A stretch of DNA of 64,000 nt from Selaginella moellendorffii. Taxonomy: Eukaryota > Plantae > Lycopodiophyta. Made by a program: the position numbers and the translations under genes. The stretch is taken from the NCBI RefSeq assembly GCF_000143415.4, contig NW_003314262.1:3274603-3338602 (forward strand), read 5' to 3'. Under the pieces are notes generated by a model that saw nothing but the letters and a program-made list of their open reading frames with translations, made no database searches and had not been told where the DNA came from. Shown piece after piece: positions 11,362 through 22,399 of the stretch. Within the stretch, counting starts at the first letter, position 1, and the number at the start of each line of letters is the position of its first letter.

Positions 11362-12617
11362 AGCGTTCGTCCTCCCCGACAAAAAAACCTGGAAAAGGAA
11401 AGAGGAAAAACGCAATGGAGCTATGGAAAAATCAGAGCGCAGAAGAGGCTCGCGTACCTTGGCTCAAAGGAGCATCAATCAATCCCCGTCTAGAATAGAA
11501 AATGTAGCTCCGTGAGGACCACTTCTTCTCCAAAATCCTGCGGCACACGCCAAAACGTCCAGATCACACAACCCCCACCTAAAATCGACATCTAGATTGA
11601 AAATGTACCTCGCGCCGGATGGAATTCCACAAGAATCCTAGAATTCCCCTGCGATTCGCGCTCGCCGCAGCAAAACCAAGCCGGAATCGCGAGATTCCGG
11701 ACCTCCTCGCCCGCTGCCGCCACGGCCGTAGCGTTCCAGCGGCCAATCCAGTCCCGTTCGCGCTGGCAGGACCCGATCGAGGCGCCAGAGAGAGAGAGAC
11801 GACGCACCAGACACGGAGTAAAAAAAAAACAAGGAAGAACCCTAGAATATTTCTATCCAAGCGCATTAAACCCCACAGCGATCCAACGGTTCCCGAGACG
11901 CCGCGTGGCATAGCATTTAGGTGCTTTGGCCGGTGGTCGCTTTCTCTGCGCACCGGGATCCGCGACTCTGATTGGTCGTACTTGTACGCTTTGCCGGGGA
12001 ATGTTCGCTAAAGATTCTAGAGCGTGGGTGGAATCACGATTTTTCTTGTCCTCTTTTCACTTTGATATTGATCCTAACACTGTTATGGATGATTTTCGAT
12101 TTTTTCTATGAAACCAAGGAGAACAAGGATTTCTCGCCGAGACAATGCCACCAATGTTTAGACAAGAGAACCGCCAGTGCGCGACACTACAGCCACTCAA
12201 CGAAGTATCTAAGAAAATGGTTTAAGATTATAGACATTGGATCACCCATGTTGCAATGTTAGATGGCACATCAAATCAACTTTTCCCTTTGAATTTTTTC
12301 CAATTCTTAGTGGCCCACTTTTGGTTGCTTGTCACCACCGTCAAAGAATAATGTAAAGGCAAAGCTCTCGGGAGCTTAAGTTATGATCACATATAAGTGA
12401 TCATCAAAGTTTTCAGAGGAAAAAAGTGTGTATCGTTGAAGTTCTTGAAGAAAATAGCTTAAATCGAGCACACTCCACTTTTGAGCTGATGCGCTCAAGA
12501 AGTCAATGAAAGTCAATTCAGGTCCCGAAATCAATAAAGTAAAGACAAACTTCAAAGATTATATTGACATTCATTGACTACCACTGACTTTGACTCCCTA
12601 GAACAAACCCAATGCTT

Positions 12618-14292
12618 TCATCTAAACAAACCAGTTTGCTGCTCCAATGGCGTCGAAAGAAGCTCGAGATCATGCCTCTGCTCCATAATGAGCCCACACT
12701 CGGCCCCTTGAGGCCACTGGACTTCCACAAAGTTCATGAAGAGAGGATACCGACCCTCTCCGTGAGTACTTGCCCAGTCGAAATCGATGAATCTCACTTC
12801 TACTCCTAGTCCTTTCTCGGCCCCATCTCGAGGGCGCCTTATCATCACATTGACGTCCCTGGCATCTCCATGAACTCCGACCCCGCCATTCGACGATACT
12901 GGAACGCGATGAGCACTTCTCAGCGCGGCAAGAGCTTGATCCCTCAGCTCGTCGGCGTCTCCACACTCGGCCAGCATCTCCCACCCGTCTTCCGGTCCCA
13001 GATTCTCCATCCTCACCTCGACCCATCTACCAGCCAGCGCTCTAACTCCGTAGAGCGCCGGAGCAAAGCCAGCAGCAGCCCACGCGCGATGGACCTCCAC
13101 TCCATATCTCTTGGCCAGCTTTACCACTCCCCAAGGCTCCACCAGATAGACGAGCTTGTTCTCAAACTTCTTCACCACCTTCGCCGCTTCGTGCAGCGGA
13201 TATGGAATGTCCAAGTTCCAGAGGTCGTATCTCTTGTTCCCCGTCCCGGCACGCGTCCCGGCCTGAGCATTCCAATAGTACTCGTTGAGTAGCCCGAGGC
13301 AGCGCTTGAAGGCGACCAAAACTCGCACGGACTCGGCTACCATCTCTGGATCCAAGCCCTGGATTGGCAATAGGTTGACAAAGTGCGTGAGAGGCTGGCA
13401 CACCACCTCGTCGAGCTTTGCCATGGCGCTTATTCTCAGATTGCAGCCAACGAGCTCCATGAGAAACGCTGGATAGCAAGTGTCTATGTACCGCTCCTTG
13501 GCTCCCACCATGTCCCAGTAGAGCGCGTAGCAGTGGAAGCCATGAGTGTACGAATCCAGGCCGCCGAGCTTCACTTCACCTATAGCAATCAGGCTCTTGT
13601 TCATGGAACGACTCTGGAGAGATAGAAACACTAGCGTGAGCGAACAAGAGGCCGGAAGAAAACGCTCACCATCATCGCGAGAGGAGCTTCCCAGCTGCCA
13701 TGGATCGTGAGCGCCTCGCGGCAGGGAACGCCCAGGTACCTGGAGAAGAGCCGATGAACAGTGCACCTTAGTTTGGCCTCGTCCGAGTGGTAAAGCGATG
13801 AAAGGTGCGCGAGCTCCAGCGCGAACTCGATGTCTGCCAGCCCAGGAGCTCCAAGATCGTGATCGTGAATCAGGTCGGTGAAGTGAGCAAAGACTGGATG
13901 AACGAGCTGGAGAGGGATTGGAGGCTTGGCATGGGATGGTCTGCAGTTGAGGAACTTGGGCTTGCTGTGCTGGCCCTGGAGATTCGCCAGGACCTCGCTG
14001 CGCTCCAGATCGTTTGGCTCGTGGTTGAGAATGCATGGATCAGCAAATTTGAAGTCTAATTTTTTGTTCATTAAACATAAGTTGGTGATCCAGTCCAGCA
14101 AGAAATGAAAGACATACCGGGTTTATATGTGTAGTTGCCGAAAGGGAGCTCGTTTTCCTCCGTCACCACATACCCGTCTTCGTCAATGATTGAACCAATC
14201 CCGAAGAGGCTTTCAAGCTTCGCAGCGGTCACACTCTTGAATGTGAAGCTCTCGCCCGCTGAAAGCACCTTCACCCTCACTAGCTCATCCAT
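12618..14292 (-). CDS. Crinkler (CR)-type effector-like protein: small N-terminal header + REase-like domain + atypical (CR/APH-like) kinase; 3 exons (alternative ATG 14319)
   Basis: Introns 14056-14117 and 13614-13669 join three ORFs in frame. Motifs: NCRP..PIPLQLVHPVFAHF, IAIGEVK, YPAFLMELVG, then kinase VVKLAKRYG..H..AP.L, VHGDARDVN, FIDFDWA..GRYP..WP.G..HD. Confidence 0.75.
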
Positions 14293-14619
14293 TGCCCTAA
14301 ACCCGGCTTTTGAAAGCATGAGAAATTAATTTGACATTTTCAATTGATGAAGTGAGGTCCTATGCTTTTTAGACCATTCTATATTGGTGTTTACGGGTAA
14401 AAAGTTTGTATCATCGAAGAAAAGATCTAGCCACTCGATGTGAAGAGCAGCTGCCCACCATTTTCCTTGATCAAAACTCGGGGCCTGCTCCTCAAATTTA
14501 GACCATGTTTAAAGATTGGGATTAGTCATACCTTTAAATGTGAAATTATGCCTTGAACGGCTACATTTTTCTCATTTTTTCTCGAAGTAGGGTTTTACAA
14601 TCGTTTGGAGTGAGCGCGG

Positions 14620-16470
14620 CTTCGGATGATCCACCAAAGCTGACATTTCTGGAGGTGAGTGGTCCTCTATTCCGTTCGCAGATAACAATTATAGGGGTTG
14701 GAACAGGAGAAAATGCTGGATGAATTTGATTTCCAGAGAGAACATTGGCCTACAACGCTGAACAGGATGAGAATCAACAAATCTCAAACCCTCCCTTGGT
14801 GCCGCTGTGTCGGTTGCAACCTGCAGAGATTGTTCGTACGGTTTTGGAACCAAATGTACGCCTCTACAACGCATTTGCAAAAGAAGGGTATCTTATAGAG
14901 ATGCCGTCGTTTATCATCGGAATTGCAGACGCCGACCAGAGGGAACTTCAAGTTACAGATTTAACAATTGGGTCGTGGGATCCTATCTGGAGGGAGGTGA
15001 ATGAGGAATTGGAAAGCGAGCTACAAGCGGACCCGGAATATCATGTCTCATGTTTTTCTGTTTTGATGGAAATCATCGGCTGCATGCATGGATGGACTGC
15101 ATTGAGAAAGAGTTTCCGAACAACAAAAGGCTACGTGTTCGTGTGAACGCAACGATACTTTGACGTAAAGAATTATGGATTTCTGTCTCTCTTCAATGTC
15201 ATATCGGGGATCAGCAAGTAAGTTTGATTAGCATCCATTCAAGGCGGTAATCTGTATTGTTTTTGATTTTTCTGCAGCATGAATGATTACGATGACACTC
15301 TAAATCTGCAGGACCCAACATCTGTTCTGCTCATCGAATACAGAAATTGAGAAGACACTAAGCCCTTCGGAGTTGCACCTTTTAAACGAACTCAAGATGA
15401 TCCTCGGGGTTGAAAGAGAACCAAAACAGGTATCCGTTCACATGGACCATTCTAGCTTCATTTCTGTTCAGGGTAAGGGAACTTTTTGATCCAAAATTTG
15501 TCTGATCTGAATGGTTCGATTGCAGAAGTGAATAAATAGGGAGATCGCAAGGATGGCAGATACTAAATTCGCTGGAACGCCTGATAGCGAGGAAAAGGCA
15601 CGAGCCGTAGTTATGCAAAGCTGGCGAACTAAGATGTGGAAGTACTTAACCGTTGTGCACGAAGAGAAACTTGGAAGGAGGTGAATTGAGCAAGCAGCAA
15701 TTATCGCACAGCGGTTTCAACTTGACACTTGAGAAGTTGACCGCTCTAGCAAGCCGGCCCTTCACAACTGAAGATCGATGCTGGTGGTTCCAGACACTCA
15801 CTGACACTACTGACGGATGGAAAAGATGGAAGGTCCCAAAGGATGATACTCATTTCCGTAAATGGGCATCGAAGGTGGCTTGGGACTCTTATGTGGCGGA
15901 TAAAGCAGATCGACTTGCTTGTGACGAGCTCCTGAAACAGCCGGGTTTTCACCTGGCTACCGTCGAGAGGGTTGATAGCATTGCAAAGAACCTACGCCTT
16001 CTGGCAGTGCTATACGGCACTGTTCTCTTCCATGGCATCGACCGTGCAGATGCAGAGGATTGAAGCAGAGGTCATTGAACAAGTAGCAAAACGTCTTGCA
16101 ACAAGGTTAGTCTTCTCGTTTTGAAGCTTCCAATTTTGTGGAATTTTGAATCGTGGTCTATAGCTCGGGTATGAACGATGATTCAAGATAGTTGACTGTC
16201 TATGCGTTTGCAGGTGGCTCAGGCAACTCAAAAGGAGAAATATTATTGAGTTGATACCAGAGGACACGAAAGTATGGGCTAGCAAAGACCTTGGTGAAAC
16301 AATGTACACCTCGCAAACATTACTGCATGGGAACTGGAAAATTGTCCATGGTGGCTGGATATGAAGTCTGGGTACTGCTGGAAGGAGGTGAACCTTTAGA
16401 CTGTGAGACGCCAGTGAAACAATTCAGACGCTCGGAAGAAACAGACCAGTTTAACAATGCTCTTTGATGA
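14620..16470 (+). pseudogene. Disrupted gene of unknown, probably lineage-specific family
   Basis: Protein-like ORF pieces 14745-15146 and 15653-16063 with splice-like signals, separated by stops and frameshifts. No family recognised. Confidence 0.4.
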
Positions 16471-16792
16471 AAATCTCGAATTCCACACGACTTCGTTTTC
16501 AACTTCTCGAAGAGGTGCAATGCCTCTGCAGCGATGGAAGTTTAGCCTACAGAGAGGTTCCTGATGAATTATAGGGAATTGCTAGGACTATGGATGTAAT
16601 GATCTTAAAGTTAATAGACCAAGAAAATATTCGTTACAATGTACGTCCAAGGCGCCAAACGACCCAAAAAGCTTGTATTATTATCGCAATGTTGCTTCGT
16701 AGCAGTTTCGATTCTTGTTTGAATCTGATTTGTTTGGATGAAAAGCACCCACCTGGCAAGCAGAGTGCATAGGTTTGCCCTTAGTCCAGGAA

Positions 16793-18563
16793 ATGGAAGC
16801 TCAATGGATCCTGAGCGCTTGCATCGCCCTCTTCACTGCTGCGCTATGGCGATTCATGACGGTCTACTGGTGGCGTCCCAGAGCAATTGCTGCCCAGCTG
16901 AAGAAGCAAGGGATTCGGGGGCCTCCTCCCACACTCATGGCAGGTCAGATGCTTGAAATCCGGAAGACAATGGCCGCAATCAGGGATCACGACATGGAAA
17001 CTTTCAGCCAGGATATTGTTCATCGAGTGCAGCCAGGATTCCACAAATGGAACAACCAATATGGTATGCTCTCTTTCATACTGTTCTTGTTCTCTGAGCA
17101 TGTTATACAGGGAAGCGATTCGTGTATTGGTGGGGAACAGAGCCGAGGATATCAGTCTCTGAACCTGAGATCGTAAGGGAAGCTTTGTCTAAGAAGTTTT
17201 CGCATTTTGAGAAGTCGGACATGTCGGTTTGGTTCTTGACCATGTTTCTGGGTCGTGGGTTGGTTTCCGTTACTGGAGAAGAATGGAGTCACCACCGCCG
17301 GCTTGTAGCACCGGCATTCTTTCATGAGCGTATCAAGGTAGGGATTGCACAGGAACTACTTCTGTCTGGCTAATAAGTTGATTCTTCAGCAAATGACCGG
17401 TACAATTGCAACTTGTGCTTCTGTTATGCTTGATCGATGGGAGGCTATGATGCAGCAGAATCCCGAGATTGAAATCTCTGCAGAGGCGCGCAAGCTCACA
17501 GGAGATGTTATCTCGCATACAGCATTTGGGACAAGTTATCTCAAAGGCCAGAGAGTTTTTGTGATTTTGACGAAGGAAATCCCAGATTTGTTCCCCATAC
17601 TCTTCAGGTTTTCCTGGATACTACCGGGTGTCAGGTATGCTTGATCATCACACACTTAGTTGGAGTGAATACAAATTGTTTGTTCACAGGTTTCTGCCGC
17701 TTCCAGTCAACCTTAAACTTTGGAAGTTTCATCAGGAGTTGGATTCGTTGATAACTGGAATCATAGATGAGCGTCGAGAATCTGTGAAGTGCGGGAGGAG
17801 CGATTCATATGGCAACGACTTGCTTGGGTTGATGCTAAAGGAGTGTGACAGCAGCAACAGTAAGTTCACAAACAAGGATTTGATAGAGGAATGCAAGACC
17901 TTTTACTTTGCGGGGCATGAGACCACAGCGTCATTACTAACTTGGACGTTGATGCTGCTGGGAGGCTATCCTGAATGGCAAGACCGTGCTCGAGCAGAGG
18001 TACATGAAGTCTGTGGTACCGAGACACCTGATGGCGAGAATGTTAGCAAGCTCAAGCTGGTAAGTCCATCCATGTTTATAAGTTCATGGTTCAAAACTTT
18101 GACAACTTCGATTCAACAGATAGGAGCGATCCTTTACGAGACTCTGCGGCTGTATCCACCCGCAGTCGAGATGACTCGGGAATGCATGGTGGAGACTTGG
18201 CTACAGGATTTGCATGTACCAAAAGGAGTGACTTTGGCCTTCCAGGTTATTGGTATGCATCACGACAAGGAGCTCTGGGGGGAAGATGCAACTGAGTTCA
18301 ATCCGGATCGGTTCAAAGATGGGATTTCAAACGCATGCAAGCATCCAAATGCTTTCATACCCTTCTCGCTTGGCCCTCGAGTGTGCGTAGGCCAGTCGTT
18401 TGCGATGATTGAAGCCAAAGTCATACTGGCTATGATACTGCAGCGGTTCTCATTCCGGCTTTCACCGAACTACCGCCATAATCCTGCAATGAAGTTTGGT
18501 TTGAAGCCAATCCATGGGGTGCCGCTTGTCCTCGAGACTGTAGGACGCTTTCAAGAAAGTTGA
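16793..18563 (+). CDS. Cytochrome P450, CYP72 clan, 5 exons
   Basis: N-terminal TM anchor and GIRGPPP, WSHHR, AGHETT, ETLRLYPP, PDRF, heme FSLGPRVCVG. GT-AG introns at about 17064-17110, 17338-17389, 17635-17689 and 18060-18119. Confidence 0.95.
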
Positions 18564-18934
18564 AGAAACAGAACAATATCGATATGTAGAGAACGATATA
18601 TAACCATATAAATAAGCTGAAAACCCAATGTCTGGCGAGCTTCTGAGCATACTTCTTGGTTTTCAAGCGTGTAGCGAGGAGACGGTGCTCCAGAATGCAA
18701 CCGAGATGACTTGGAGCTGCTCGAGCTGTTCACGAATGGTCTGAAAGGCTGGAAGGACGAGGATGCATTGCAATCAGGGGGTGGCGGAGCTGCATGAGAA
18801 ACAAGCAGAAAAATCATATGCTTTGAAACTTACCGTGGTATGATCTGCTTCCACATAAACAAGCTTATGAAGTGGCGATTCCCTTATCAAGCAAAGAATG
18901 CTTGTCGGACCCGTCTCCTGCGAAGGCAAAAAGC

Positions 18935-19620
18935 TATGGTGTCGTGGAATGCAATGGTAATTGCTTACGCTCGGCTTGATCGCTCCGCTCAGGGCTTGGA
19001 CGAGGCGACGGTGTTGCTCAGGGAAAAGTTTTTGATCATGGCGTTCAATCCCAGTAGCGCCAAGAAAGCGTGGATGATTCTGCCTCCTGCGCCGGAAACC
19101 CACGGCAAGGGATTCGTGTGCAAGGCTCTCGGCAGCAAGCTCTACAGCAAAGCAGTGAGCGTCTTACGAATCAATGGAACGCCACGGCTACGGAGGGTCG
19201 GCCATACGTTGTCGGTGGCAACTGGAATGGGGAGGGACCGACACCAAGGGTATACAATCCGGTGCAGGATCGATGAGATCCTCTTCCCCCATCGCCATCA
19301 CTGGACACTAGTTCGACAGTTTTTGCATATGGCCCTTGCCGTGGATCGCAACAAGATGGTTGCGAGCCCGTGCGATGCTGTGAGCCCGGACGATGATGCT
19401 CCCGGAGTTTTCTCGACACAAAATCACTCCTGGGAAGTGGAATGTTCTTCTGGGAGCTCACAGCGTAGCACAAAAACTTCTCAAGCGTTCGTCAGCTGGA
19501 GCGCCACCCGTGATTGCCACGTTCGTGTCTCCACAACAACGATTCGGCCATGCACAACGTTTTACAAGCTCAGCGTGCCTCCCAGCAGCGATTTGGACGT
19601 CGAGGTTCTTCGGGCTTGAT
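18935..19620 (+). pseudogene. Kelch-repeat (F-box/kelch-like) gene relic preceded by a PPR-like fragment
   Basis: AFNPSS..KAWMILPPAP..FVCKALGSKLY and, in another frame, GRPYVVGG..RVYNPVQDR (kelch-like). MVSWNAMVIAYAR is PPR-like. Frameshifted. Confidence 0.55.
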
Positions 19621-20352
19621 GGATCCTGTAGCTAAAGATAAATAAGGTATCTACGAGGATGGTGTGTTTCAGCAAATGCCCGATGAAGGCATTTTTCCTA
19701 GGTGCTCATCCTTCAACTTGCTGAAGTTCTTTTAGCTTCAGCAACCAGAATGTCTTATTTGCAGTGTGTCAAGGGATTGTTTCAAAACTCTTGGTGCTTA
19801 CTCCATGAGAATCCCTTGGTGCTCAGTCCAGGTTCTTCGAGTTTGATACATATGCATCTTATGGCAGCACTGTAAGAGTGATCAAAGTCCGCAAGGCAAC
19901 CGCTACTTTCTTGGGGCTCGTCCAGAGATTAAATTGACCGCCAGCATGTCATTCCACGTCATACGTTTGAACGTTTGACCTCAAACTGGTCACACCATCC
20001 AGTTTAATGCTGAGATACTAAAGCAAAGCACCCAGGAGCATTTTTAAGTGCTTATCATCAAAGTCCTTGGAATAGAAGTATGTTATCATCGAAGTTCTGG
20101 AGAAAAACAGGAGAAAACCAGCCACCACCACCATTTTGCTCGATCCAAACTCGGGGCCAGCTGCTGCTGCTCAAACATTTCCGTCCTCGATCTCAAACTT
20201 TTCTCCACGCCCCTGTAAGCTTTTGCTTCCACCTCGATCCCAAACTCTTTCTCCAAGTCCCTGTGACCATCCTCGATGTCAATCTTCCAAGTCCCTTGTG
20301 ACCAACCTCGACAAACCTTCTTCCAAGTTCCTGAGAGGCCCGTCTTCTCTTG

Positions 20353-22170
20353 TCACTCGTCCTCCTCGTCCTCGTAATCGAAATCCAGCCGCGGTCTCAT
20401 CGTGTAAGCCGGCCCGTCTGGTTTGATCCGGACGTTGTAAGCACCCGGCCCGGGAGTCTCCTCGCGCCCGAGGTGCTTGAGCCGGCCACTCAAGCTAAAC
20501 GCTGGCGGCTTGTTCAGCACCATCGCGGCTCTGGGATCGTAAGCTCCTGGACCTGGACTTACACTCCGAGTTAAATCGTGCCCCCGGCTCGTCAAGCTAT
20601 AGGCAGGACCCTCCAGAGCGCCCTTGATGTTGTAAGCTCCCGGGCCTGGAGTCACAGCCGCAGTTAGAAGTGGAAGCCGACCAGCGAGGCTAAACGAAGG
20701 AAGCTCGCTCTTGAGATCCATATGATAAGCTCCAGGGCCGGGTCCCGGTTCTCTCTTGCTGTACGCCAGCCTCTCTCCCATGCTATACTTCGGCGCCCCC
20801 GACTTGATCATCGGCCGGCCATACTGCCCGGGCCCCGGAGTCGTCTCTCCGGATGCGTGTATGAGCCTGCGTCCTATGCTGAAAGCTGGAGTCTCCGACT
20901 TGCCAATGACGGTGTAAGCACCCGGGCCGGGATAGAAAGTCCTCTGGAGCGGCGTGAGTCGTCCATACAAGCTGAAAGACGGCCCCTCCATGGAGCTCCC
21001 CAGCGAGTACGCGCCGGGGCCTGGAGTGTCCTCTCGCAACTTGCGCTCAAGCCTCCCGGAGAGCGAGTAAGCTGGCGCGAGGGAGATAACTGCGACGCTG
21101 TAGGCTCCCGGGCCGGGACTCTGCTCGGGCCTCCGCTTGGCAAGAACTCCCGAGAGAGAGTAGGATGGCCCCGTCGCCCCGGACTTGATGTTGTAGCTCC
21201 CGGGTCCTGGAGTGTTCTCGTTGTAAGCGTAGTGGAGCTGACCTCCCATCGAGTAAGCCGGTGGTGCCCGGTACACCACCTTGCCAGTCGGGTCGTAAGC
21301 GCCGGGGCCTGGATTCTGCGCGCTCTTCGTCTCGGACAGCCTCCCAGAAAGGCTGTAAGCGGGGCCAGTGGGACTCCGAGACCGGCTGTAAGTTCCCGGC
21401 CCAGGAGTCTCGGAGGAATGCTCGTAGAACACTCTGGATCCGAGCGAGTAGGATGGAGGTGACGGGCTTCTCGAGTTGATGTTGGGCTCGTAGGTTCCTG
21501 GTCCCGGGTTTTGGTTCCTGGCACCGCCGTCTCCAAGCCTCCCAGAAAGGCTGTAAGCAGGCCCACTGGATGCCTTTCCCCGACCATAAGCTCCCGGCCC
21601 TGGGGTGTCCTCTGTGTGCTCGTAGAAAGTCCTTGGGCCGAGGGAGTAAGAAGGTGGCGATGGACTTCCAGTTCTCGAGTTTGGATCATACGCCCCCGGA
21701 CCGGGAGAGTCTGGCCTGCCCAGAGTCTTGAGCTTGCCATGGATTCGAATCCCCTGCGTGTCGAGCGTGCTGCCCAGCTCGTAAGATCCGGGACCAGGGA
21801 CGTTCTCGCCCACTTGTCGGCGAAGCCTACCCGAGAGAGAAAATGCCGGAGAGCTCGGCCTCGAGAGCTGGTTATAGGCGCCGGGCCCGGGGGTCTGCTC
21901 TCGTTGGTGAAGCTCGGTTCTTCCCTTGATCGTGTAGGATGGGCCACCGAGCATGGAACCGAGCTTGTAAGTGCCCGGCCCCGGATTGTCAGACTCACCT
22001 CGCGACGTCAATCGGCTCGCAAGGCTGTACTTTGGAGCCGATGTAGGGATGAGTGGAGAGTATGCACCTGGCCCCGGGGTGTTCGTCCGCCGCCGCCGCC
22101 GCCGCGGCGGGGAGGAGCTCCCCCCGATGCTGGGCATCGGTGTCGCGGACCTGCTGCCTCCCGTGCTCAT
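20353..22170 (-). CDS. SHIPPO/ODF3-like PGPGxY-repeat protein (flagellar microtubule-associated), intronless
   Basis: 605-aa ORF with 18 PGPG(A/T/S/Q)Y repeats, each typically followed by P(A/S)(Y/F)SL.GR, the SHIPPO-repeat signature. Confidence 0.9.
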   Translation of the reverse strand: MSTGGSRSATPMPSIGGSSSPPRRRRRRTNTPGPGAYSPLIPTSAPKYSLASRLTSRGESDNPGPGTYKLGSMLGGPSYTIKGRTELHQREQTPGPGAYNQLSRPSSPAFSLSGRLRRQVGENVPGPGSYELGSTLDTQGIRIHGKLKTLGRPDSPGPGAYDPNSRTGSPSPPSYSLGPRTFYEHTEDTPGPGAYGRGKASSGPAYSLSGRLGDGGARNQNPGPGTYEPNINSRSPSPPSYSLGSRVFYEHSSETPGPGTYSRSRSPTGPAYSLSGRLSETKSAQNPGPGAYDPTGKVVYRAPPAYSMGGQLHYAYNENTPGPGSYNIKSGATGPSYSLSGVLAKRRPEQSPGPGAYSVAVISLAPAYSLSGRLERKLREDTPGPGAYSLGSSMEGPSFSLYGRLTPLQRTFYPGPGAYTVIGKSETPAFSIGRRLIHASGETTPGPGQYGRPMIKSGAPKYSMGERLAYSKREPGPGPGAYHMDLKSELPSFSLAGRLPLLTAAVTPGPGAYNIKGALEGPAYSLTSRGHDLTRSVSPGPGAYDPRAAMVLNKPPAFSLSGRLKHLGREETPGPGAYNVRIKPDGPAYTMRPRLDFDYEDEEDE

Positions 22171-22399
22171 CGAGGATGCCTCTGCCTCGCCGAGCGATGG
22201 ATCCGGTGCCGCATAGGATATTGCAGAGCGGCGGCGGCGCCAGTGAGAACCCTAGCCACGGAGCGACGGCGATGGGGTGCCAGGCCATGGCGGCTCTTCG
22301 CTCGGCAGCCGCGACCCGCAAAATCCCTGCCGAAGAACCCTAAAATCACATTGGCATATTCTTGGTATCTTTTTACAAATTTGGCGGGAAAACATTCGT

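Noticed and set aside
11579-12262. Several overlapping ORFs upstream of IQD
   Set aside because: GC-rich 5' UTR/promoter sequence; the Arg/Pro/Ala-rich translations have no motifs.
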